A stretch of 42,378 nt of DNA from Thermoleophilaceae bacterium (lineage in GTDB: Bacteria > Actinomycetota > Thermoleophilia > Solirubrobacterales > Thermoleophilaceae), in the NCBI GenBank assembly GCA_036009005.1, contig DASYMP010000017.1:1-42378 (forward strand), given 5' to 3'. The number at the start of each line of letters is the position of its first letter. Position 1 is the first letter of the stretch. Positions 36,236 to 42,378 of this stretch are shown in pieces. The notes beneath the pieces are model-generated. The model searched no databases, was not told the DNA's origin, and saw only the letters and a program-made list of their open reading frames with translations. The translations under genes were made by a program, and so were the position numbers.

Positions 36236-37489
36236 ATGAAAGGGGCTGTTTTCATGCCTGTTCAGGCGTTGAAGTGCAAGGAATGTGACTCGACCTATCC
36301 GCTGGAGGCTCGCTACGTGTGCGAGCACTGCTTCGGGCCGCTCGAGGTGGCCTACGACTTCAGCGGGATCGACCCCGCCGAGGCCAAGCGAAAGATCCAG
36401 GCGGGGCCGCAGACGATCTGGCGCTACGCGGACTTCCTGCCGTTCGCGGCTCCGCCCACGACGGGACTGCCGGTCGGCCTGACGCCGCTCCAGCGCGCGC
36501 CGCGGCTCGCGGAGACGCTGGGCGTGGGGGAGGTGTTCGTGAAGAACGACACCGCGAACCCCACCCACTCGTTCAAGGACCGCGTCGTGGCCGTGGCGCT
36601 CGCGAAGGCGCAGGAGCTCGGCTTCGAGGTCGTGGCGTGCGCGTCCACGGGCAACCTCGCGAACGCGGTCGCGGCTCACGCGGCGGCCGCCGGGCTCGAG
36701 TCGTATGTCTTCATCCCGTCGAACCTCGAGGAGCAGAAGGTGCTCGCCACCGGCGTGTACGGCACGAACCTCGTGGCGGTGCGCGGCAGCTACGACGACG
36801 TGAACCGGCTCTGCACGGAGATCTCGGGCGACCGCGACTGGGCGTTCGTGAACGTGAACCTGCGGCCGTACTACTCGCAGGGCTCGAAGACGATCGCCTA
36901 CGAGATCGCCGAGCAGCTGGGCTTCGAGCTGCCCGGGCACGTCGTGGCGCCGATCGCATCGGGGTCGCTGTTCACGAAGATCGCGCGCGGGTTCGAGGAG
37001 TGGCTCGAGGTGGGCCTCGTCTCGGGTGAGCTGCCGGTCTTCCACGGGGCACAGGCCGAGGGCTGCTCGCCGGTCGCGCGCGCCTTCGGCGAGGGCCACG
37101 ACGTCTGCCGGCCGGTGAAGCCGGACACGATCGCCAAGTCGCTCGCGATCGGCAACCCGGCGGACGGGCCGTACGCGCTCGACCTGGCGCGGCGCACGGA
37201 CGGGTCGATCGACGCGGTCTCGGACGACGAGATCCGCGACGGCATCCGGCTGCTGGCCCAGACGACGGGCATCTTCACGGAGACGGCGGGCGGCGTCACG
37301 ACCGCGGTGCTGCGCAAGCTGGCCGAGCGCGGCGACCTCGGCGCGGACGACCGCGTGGTGCTCGTGATCACCGGCGACGGGCTGAAGACGCTCGACGCGG
37401 TGCGCGACACGTTCGAGTCCCACGAGATCGAGCCGTCGATCGAGGCGTTCGAGCAGGTGCTCGCCGGAGACGCCGTCGGCGCTGTGTAA
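36236..37489 (+). CDS. Threonine-synthase-family PLP enzyme with N-terminal zinc ribbon (probable MetM-like homocysteine-forming enzyme rather than ThrC)
   Basis: CKECDSTYPLEARYVCEHC zinc ribbon, PLP-lysine motif NPTHSFKDR, and a ThrC fold throughout. ATG at 36236 lies 8 nt after GGAGG (alternative ATG 36254). Track start 36182 lies inside the aptamer. Confidence 0.85.
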   Translation: MKGAVFMPVQALKCKECDSTYPLEARYVCEHCFGPLEVAYDFSGIDPAEAKRKIQAGPQTIWRYADFLPFAAPPTTGLPVGLTPLQRAPRLAETLGVGEVFVKNDTANPTHSFKDRVVAVALAKAQELGFEVVACASTGNLANAVAAHAAAAGLESYVFIPSNLEEQKVLATGVYGTNLVAVRGSYDDVNRLCTEISGDRDWAFVNVNLRPYYSQGSKTIAYEIAEQLGFELPGHVVAPIASGSLFTKIARGFEEWLEVGLVSGELPVFHGAQAEGCSPVARAFGEGHDVCRPVKPDTIAKSLAIGNPADGPYALDLARRTDGSIDAVSDDEIRDGIRLLAQTTGIFTETAGGVTTAVLRKLAERGDLGADDRVVLVITGDGLKTLDAVRDTFESHEIEPSIEAFEQVLAGDAVGAV

Positions 37490-37501
37490 TCTGGCGTCCC
37501 G

Positions 37502-37780
37502 ATGGCGGTGACGGTCAAGATTCCCACGCAGCTGCGAAGCGTCACGGGCGGCGACTCGGAGACGGCGGTCGACGGTGCGACCACCGTCGGCGACGTGCTC
37601 GACGGCCTCTACGAACGCTACGACGGCCTGCGCGACCGCATCGCCGAGGACGGCGACCTGCGCCGCTTCGTGAACGTTTACGTGGGCGGCGAGGACATCC
37701 GCTTCCTCGAGGGGCTCGACACGCCCGTCGAGGACGGGGACGAGGTCACGATCCTCCCGGCCGTGGCCGGCGGCAGCTGA
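37502..37780 (+). CDS. MoaD/ThiS/CysO-family sulfur-carrier (beta-grasp) protein ending in Gly-Gly-Ser
   Basis: MAVTVKIPTQLRSVTGG......RFVNVYVGGEDIRFLEGLDTPVEDGDEVTILPAVAGGS. From memory this closely parallels mycobacterial CysO (..VTV.IPT.LR..TGG...RFVN.YV..ED.RF..GL....DGD.VTILPAVAGG). Confidence 0.85.
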   Translation: MAVTVKIPTQLRSVTGGDSETAVDGATTVGDVLDGLYERYDGLRDRIAEDGDLRRFVNVYVGGEDIRFLEGLDTPVEDGDEVTILPAVAGGS

Positions 37781-38736
37781 GCACCCTCGTAACCGGAGCG
37801 CAGGGCCTGATCGGCTGTGCGCTCGTCGAGGCGCTGCTCGAGCGCGGTGAGGATGTGGTGGCGCTCCGCCGCTCGGACCCGGCCGGCTCGCGCTTCGACG
37901 CCGAGGGTGTCGGCGAGCGCTGCACGCTCGTCGACGCGGAGCTAGGCGCGCTCGGACCGGTGCTGTCCGAGCACCGCCCGGACACGATCTTCCACCTCGG
38001 CGCTCAGACGCAGGTGGGTCACGCCAACCGCGCGCCGCTCGACACCTGGGAGACGAACATCCGCGGCACCTACCTGCTGCTCGAGGCGGTGCGCGAGCAT
38101 GACGCCGGCACGCGCGTGGTGGTGGCCTCCTCCGACAAGGCCTACGGCGCGCACGAGGAACTGCCCTACCGCGAGGACTTCGCCCTGAAGCCGTCGTTCC
38201 CCTACGACGTGTCGAAGGCCGCGACGGACATGATCGCCCGCTCGTACGCGGCCACCTACGACATGCCCGTGGCCGTGACTCGGCTCGCCAACGTCTACGG
38301 GCCGGGCGACGTGAACTGGGCGCGCGTCATCCCCGACACGGCGCGCTCGCTCGTGCGCGGCGAGCGGCCCGTGATCCGCTCGGACGGTACGCCGGAGCGC
38401 GACTACCTCTACGTGGAGGATGCCGCCGCGGCGTATCTCGCCGTGGCCGCCTCGCTCGACGATCCGGCGCTCCGCGGCAGGGCCTGGAACGCCGGCTCGG
38501 GCGAGCCCGTGCCGGTGCTCGAGGTGGTGCGGCGCCTGATCGCGGTGTCGGGCCGCGAGCTCGAGCCCGAGATCCGGGGCAGCGGCGTGCCGCACGGCGA
38601 GATCGACCGCCAGTACCTCGACTCGACGGCGATCCGCGAGGAGCTCGGCTGGGGCCCGAAGTGGGACCTGGACGCGGGCCTCAGGTCGGCATGGGCGTGG
38701 TACGAGCGGTGGGTGCCGCAGCTTTTACTGACCTGA
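37777..38736 (+). CDS. NAD-dependent epimerase/dehydratase, extended SDR (CDP-glucose 4,6-dehydratase-like)
   Basis: The Rossmann motif LVTGAQGLIGCAL lies upstream of track start 37855. The only in-frame start is CTG 37777, overlapping the carrier gene stop (CTGA). Carries SSDKAYG and the YDVSK (YxxxK) catalytic motifs. Confidence 0.75.
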   Translation: MSTLVTGAQGLIGCALVEALLERGEDVVALRRSDPAGSRFDAEGVGERCTLVDAELGALGPVLSEHRPDTIFHLGAQTQVGHANRAPLDTWETNIRGTYLLLEAVREHDAGTRVVVASSDKAYGAHEELPYREDFALKPSFPYDVSKAATDMIARSYAATYDMPVAVTRLANVYGPGDVNWARVIPDTARSLVRGERPVIRSDGTPERDYLYVEDAAAAYLAVAASLDDPALRGRAWNAGSGEPVPVLEVVRRLIAVSGRELEPEIRGSGVPHGEIDRQYLDSTAIREELGWGPKWDLDAGLRSAWAWYERWVPQLLLT

Positions 38737-38757
38737 GCAGTATTTCCTGCGGCACTC
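38711..38757. repeat. 47-nt palindromic (REP-like) element, copy 2
   Basis: GGGTGCCGCAG-N25-CTGCGGCACTC with inner pairing TACTG/CAGTA. It lies between the convergent epimerase and DksA/TraR genes. The epimerase stop TGA (38734-36) is in the loop. Confidence 0.85.
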
Positions 38758-38779
38758 CGCGCGAAGCGGGCGTCGCGGC

Positions 38780-39112
38780 TCAGCGGGCGCAGTCGATGCA
38801 GAGCGAGCTCTCGGGCGCGGCTTCGAGCCGCCCGGGGGCGATCGGGCCGCCGCAGCTGTCGCAGCGGCCGTAGCTGCCGTCCTCGAGCTTGGCGAGGGCT
38901 CGCTCGAGCTTCTCCTCGGTTACGAGCAGGCTGTTGCCGACCCCGATGTCGTTGCGGCGGCTGATCGCCTCGTTGGTGCCGTCCCCGATCCGCTTGCCGA
39001 AGCTGATCCCGGCGCCGGCCTCCGGCGCCTTGGCGAACTCGGCTATGCGCGCGCGGATCTCGTCGAGCCGAGCCCGGAGCAGCTGCTCAGTGTCGCGTTG
39101 CGCCTGGGCCAC
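38780..39112 (-). CDS. TraR/DksA-family C4 zinc-finger protein
   Basis: 110 aa. N-terminal coiled coil, C-terminal CDSCGGPI...x17...CIDCA (CxxC-x17-CxxC). GTG start. Confidence 0.8.
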   Translation of the reverse strand: MAQAQRDTEQLLRARLDEIRARIAEFAKAPEAGAGISFGKRIGDGTNEAISRRNDIGVGNSLLVTEEKLERALAKLEDGSYGRCDSCGGPIAPGRLEAAPESSLCIDCAR

Positions 39113-39122
39113 CCGATCGAGG

Positions 39123-40250
39123 TTAGATGCTCCCTGCCCGGCAGCGTTGGCGGAGGCCGCGCCGCAGCGCAGGCGCCAGCCGCTCGACCAGCACCCCGCG
39201 AGCCGCGACGGAGGCCACCACGCCCCGGTTCCAAGCCTCGCCGTATGGCGCCGGCCACGGCTCAGAAGGGTGGAGGGCGGCCGCGAGGTGGCGCTCCTGC
39301 CAGCGAGCGGCGGGGCGGCCGCCGTAGCCGAGGATGCTCGCCTGCAGGTCGACCAGCGCGAAGGCGAACGGCGGGCGGCCCTGCACGAGTACGTCGGTGA
39401 ACGGCCGGCGGATGAGGCCGCCGGGGGCGTAGCTGGCGGTCAGGCGTTCGTAGATCCGGCGGTGGTTCATGAGCGCGTAGCACGGCGCTCGCCGCCCGCT
39501 GAGCGCCGCGGTCAGGAGCTGGAACCCGGTCTCGCCGAGCAGGGCCGCCGCGTAGTCCGGGTGCTCGCGGACGTTGTGGTTCGTGACCGTGAAGTCGGCG
39601 TTCACGTTCGAGCCGCCGTCGAGCAGCACGGCGTAGCGGCCGTCCGTGTCCTGCGGGCGGGCGAGTGCCGCGACCACGAAGGCGCGGTTCTTCCGCAGCC
39701 AGGCGCTCCGATGCGCGTCGCGCGGCATGAGCGCGGCCGCCACGGACAGGAGCATTCCGCGCCACCCGTCCTCCTCGCCCTTGGTGTCGCCGGGCGTGAG
39801 GATCACCCCATCGCGGCGGAAGAAGTTCACGTCATGGGCGAGCAGGAGCTCGGCCTCGCGCCTCACCGCGATTCGTACCCGGGCCCGCGTGCGGCGCCCG
39901 GCCCGGTTGCCGAGCACCAGCGCCGCGAGGCCGAGCTCGCCCGCCCAGTAGGGGCTCTGCCACTGCCCGCCCCAGGCGGCCTCGGTACGTGCGAGGCGGT
40001 CCACGACCCCGGCGGCCACCCGATCCTCGCCGCCCACTGCGAGCGCCACCGCGTGGCTCGCGGCGGTGCGCACGGCGACCTCGCCGGTACCTGGCGCGGC
40101 GGCCGCCCAGCCCGGGTACCAGTCGCGTACGGCCTGGCGGTTCGAGCGGTGAAGCAGTCCGTCGAAGGACTGGGCGCCGGCCACGGCGGGCGCGCCGAGA
40201 ACGGCCGCCGCCACGACCAACGTCACGGCCGCGTTACCCAGGCGTGCCAC
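39123..40250 (-). CDS. Secreted hypothetical protein
   Basis: GTG start gives the signal peptide (M)ARLGNAAVTLVVAAAVLGAPAVAGA. 375 aa, Trp-rich and helical-looking. No family recognised by eye. Confidence 0.6.
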   Translation of the reverse strand: MARLGNAAVTLVVAAAVLGAPAVAGAQSFDGLLHRSNRQAVRDWYPGWAAAAPGTGEVAVRTAASHAVALAVGGEDRVAAGVVDRLARTEAAWGGQWQSPYWAGELGLAALVLGNRAGRRTRARVRIAVRREAELLLAHDVNFFRRDGVILTPGDTKGEEDGWRGMLLSVAAALMPRDAHRSAWLRKNRAFVVAALARPQDTDGRYAVLLDGGSNVNADFTVTNHNVREHPDYAAALLGETGFQLLTAALSGRRAPCYALMNHRRIYERLTASYAPGGLIRRPFTDVLVQGRPPFAFALVDLQASILGYGGRPAARWQERHLAAALHPSEPWPAPYGEAWNRGVVASVAARGVLVERLAPALRRGLRQRCRAGSI

Positions 40251-40259
40251 CGGCCGAGC

Positions 40260-41138
40260 TTAGATGCTGGTGGTCAGCTCCACGGCGTCCTCGGGGGTCC
40301 CGGCCGTCGGATAGTCCGGCGGAGGGGACCCGCGTTGGAAGTCCATGATCCACGCGAGGACCCTCGGATCGCGCTCGTAGAGGTACCGCGATCCCTCGAC
40401 CACCTCCACGAGCAGCTGCTCGGGCGTCAGCGGGAGGGGGGCCAGGTCAGGGCCGAAGCCGCCGTACGTCACATGCATCTGGCGACAATCGTTATCCGAG
40501 AGGATCCGGTCCGACTCGTCCAGGACGCGCTGCGCCAGCTCCGCGTCGCGCATCTGGCCCACGGGCCGCGTGTGGATCACGGGCGTGCCGTCGATGATGC
40601 CTACGCCCTCGTAGTCGAGGAGCTTCGGCCACAGCGAGTCGAGGCCCCATCCCCAGCCGGTCTCGCTGAGGTCCAGCGTGCCGAGCAGCTGCTCGAGCGC
40701 CGCGGTCCTGAAGCCGGGGATCATGATCTCGACGAACCCGACCCGGCGCGCGTAGAAGCGCCGGTTGACCATCGTGATGAAGTGCGCGAAGTGGGACGAC
40801 TCGTGTAGAGCGGGTGCGAAGAGGTCGAGATCGAGGGCACCGGCGACCTCGAACATGCGGCTGATGGTGTCCTGGTTCGCGTAGATGTCGTCGTCGGGTA
40901 TCCAGACGTACTCGTAGTCGCGCCAGCCATCCCAACTGTTGAGGGCCTCGCGCACACCGGACCACTTCGGGCCCGGCACGGTCGGGCCGACCTCGCAGTC
41001 GATCCCAGCTTGCGCGGGGATGTCCTGATACGGGGCCAGGTAGAGGTCCCAGTCCCTCGGCTTGCCGCGATCGATCCAGCAGGGGTGCAGCGAGTTCGCG
41101 CCCACCCGTGCGACCACCAGGTTCCGGCCCATGCTCAT
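40260..41138 (-). CDS. DUF707-family protein (GT-A-like fold as far as I recall)
   Basis: WDLYLAPY...YVWIPDDDI...GFVEIMIPGFRTAALEQLL...GWGWGLDSLW resembles the DUF707 signature (VEIMAPVFSR...GWGLD). ATG at 41138 forms an ATGA overlap with the HAD stop. Confidence 0.65.
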   Translation of the reverse strand: MSMGRNLVVARVGANSLHPCWIDRGKPRDWDLYLAPYQDIPAQAGIDCEVGPTVPGPKWSGVREALNSWDGWRDYEYVWIPDDDIYANQDTISRMFEVAGALDLDLFAPALHESSHFAHFITMVNRRFYARRVGFVEIMIPGFRTAALEQLLGTLDLSETGWGWGLDSLWPKLLDYEGVGIIDGTPVIHTRPVGQMRDAELAQRVLDESDRILSDNDCRQMHVTYGGFGPDLAPLPLTPEQLLVEVVEGSRYLYERDPRVLAWIMDFQRGSPPPDYPTAGTPEDAVELTTSI

Positions 41139-41863
41139 GCGGCCGCCGCGCGCGTTATGCCGAGCAGCTCGACCAGTTCCCACCAGGAGCCGACGACCAC
41201 TCGCGCACCCGCCTCGACGAGGGCGGCGGCTCGCTGCGCGCGCTCCTCGGGCGGCACGAAGATCAGGTTCCCGACGACGGGGACCCCGGCACCGGCCGCG
41301 GAGCGCACGCCGGCCACCGCATCCTCGATCGCGAGGGCGCTGCCGGCGGATACCCCGAGGGCGCTCACGGCGAAGCTGTAGACGGCGGGGTCAGGCTTGC
41401 TGGCGGGCACGGCGAGAGAGTCCTCCGCGCTGAACCGGAGCTCGGGCGGGAACAGCGGCGCGAGAGCGGTCGCCCGGAAGCATGCGTCGAGGCGGGATGT
41501 CGCGCTCGAGCTGACCACGGCCAGGCGGAGCCGCTCCGCCAGGAGCGCGACGGGCTCGAGCACGTCGGGGTCCGGCGCGAGCGTGCGCGCGAGGTGCGCG
41601 GTGACCTCGCGTCGCTCCTCCTCCACGTAGCGCTCGAGCTCTCGAGCCGCGAGCGGCGCCCCGTAGCGCGCCGCCAGCTCGATCGCGGTCGAGCGGAAGT
41701 TGCGGCCCACCGCCTCATTCCGAAGCTCCGCCGCCTCGAAGCGCCGTTCGATCCCGAGCTCGGCGAGCAGGCGGTTCGTCACCTCGGCGGACGCCGCAAA
41801 GGCCGGTTCCTCCGACGGGAAGAGGTTGCCGTCGGCATCGCAGAGCAGGACCTCCAAGCTCAC
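41135..41863 (-). CDS. HAD-superfamily hydrolase (beta-phosphoglucomutase/phosphatase-like)
   Basis: Motif I LLCDADGNL (DxD), motif II VVSSS, then K-PDP and IEDAVAGVRSAAGAG (motif IV). The GTG start forms a GTGA overlap with the upstream stop. Confidence 0.8.
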   Translation of the reverse strand: MSLEVLLCDADGNLFPSEEPAFAASAEVTNRLLAELGIERRFEAAELRNEAVGRNFRSTAIELAARYGAPLAARELERYVEEERREVTAHLARTLAPDPDVLEPVALLAERLRLAVVSSSATSRLDACFRATALAPLFPPELRFSAEDSLAVPASKPDPAVYSFAVSALGVSAGSALAIEDAVAGVRSAAGAGVPVVGNLIFVPPEERAQRAAALVEAGARVVVGSWWELVELLGITRAAAA

Positions 41864-42378
41864 GCCGCGAGCCTCCCTTCTGAGGCACCCGCCGCAAGCG
41901 TCGCCCGGACGCCGTGACGGTCGAGTGCGAGCAGGGCCTGCTCGAGCGACGCTACGAACGCGGGGTCGGCCGCGAGCGCGCCGAAGCGCCCGGATTCGGC
42001 GAGCAGCGGGCGCGGGTCGGTCCCGCCGCGAACCGCCGCCTTCTGCAGACGCTCCGCGAGCGGGTCGTCCGGCACCAGTCGCCGCCCGCGCTCGTCGCCG
42101 CCGCGCAGGTAGCGGAACCAGCCGGCCACGGCCAGCGTCAGCAGGCTGTGGTCCCGTCCGAGCGCTCGCGCCCGCGCGATTGACGGCACGACGTGCAACG
42201 GCACCTTCGAAGACCCGGCGCGGCAGAGGCGGCGGAGCTCGTCGGCTATCCGAGGGTTGGCGAGCCGAGCGAGCACCGTGCGCTGGTACGACGGCAGGTC
42301 CACGGCGGGGGCCGGCGGCAGGAGCGGCGCGATCTCATCCCGCATCAGCCGCTCGAGGTAGCCCCTGAAGACAGGGTC
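41860..42378 (-). CDS. Mannitol dehydrogenase family protein, C-terminal part (5' end outside the window)
   Basis: The frame is open to the window edge. RLANPRIADELRRLCRAGSSKVP resembles the (R)F.NP.L.D...R...DGS.K.P motif of the mannitol/fructuronate/altronate oxidoreductase C-terminal domain. Confidence 0.7.
   Translation of the reverse strand, partial: DPVFRGYLERLMRDEIAPLLPPAPAVDLPSYQRTVLARLANPRIADELRRLCRAGSSKVPLHVVPSIARARALGRDHSLLTLAVAGWFRYLRGGDERGRRLVPDDPLAERLQKAAVRGGTDPRPLLAESGRFGALAADPAFVASLEQALLALDRHGVRATLAAGASEGRLAA

Noticed and set aside
39119-39133. The 9-mer TTAGATGCT at the stop of the secreted protein is repeated at the DUF707 stop (40260-40268).
   Set aside because: Both proteins simply end in Ser-Ile-stop with the same codons (AGC ATC TAA). 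There is no extended similarity around the 9-mer.

Overview
This is a 42.4-kb, very GC-rich chromosomal segment of actinobacterial type. By eye the GC content is about 70% or more, with third codon positions nearly saturated with G/C. The protein style (many secreted proteins with basic C-terminal modules, frequent GTG/TTG starts, 4-nt stop/start overlaps) suggests a Thermoleophilia/Solirubrobacterales-like organism, but that is only a guess.

I can support:
- about 45 protein-coding genes on both strands
- 2 tRNAs (Asn-GTT and a CAT-anticodon Met/Ile2 type)
- one SAM riboswitch with an explicit terminator/antiterminator
- a few hairpin terminators
- a two-copy 47-nt palindromic element sitting at convergent gene ends

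The backbone is housekeeping: pdxS-pdxT, yebC, ruvC-ruvA-ruvB, fused secDF, recJ, relA/spoT-type Rel, corA, phosphomannomutase, rfbF. Interspersed are:
- envelope/secreted proteins (TasA/camelysin-like, CotH-like, DUF2233 glycosidase, metallophosphoesterase, thioredoxin-fold lipoprotein)
- c-di-GMP enzymes (GGDEF, HD-GYP)
- regulators (RpiR, MarR, STAS, DksA/TraR)

I see no rRNA, CRISPR, transposase, integrase or recognisable defence system. Many long ORFs in the six-frame track are antisense or upstream-extension artefacts of the high GC content.

The most notable observations are:
1. A SAM riboswitch precedes a ThrC-like PLP enzyme and a CysO/MoaD-like sulfur carrier. This is probably thiocarboxylate-dependent homocysteine synthesis that would be mis-annotated as threonine synthase.
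2. Two genes have CTG inside a CTGA stop/start overlap as their only plausible start.
3. A zinc-ribbon/PAS-like protein is translationally coupled to secDF in the slot normally held by yajC.
4. The TasA-like and CotH-like secreted proteins share a basic C-terminal module, and the CotH CDS terminates inside the antisense tRNA.
5. The REP-like palindromic element occurs twice.
6. A tightly packed five-gene sugar-related operon ends in a DksA/TraR gene.

I do not see a clear-cut, entirely novel multi-gene system. The candidates above are scored accordingly.
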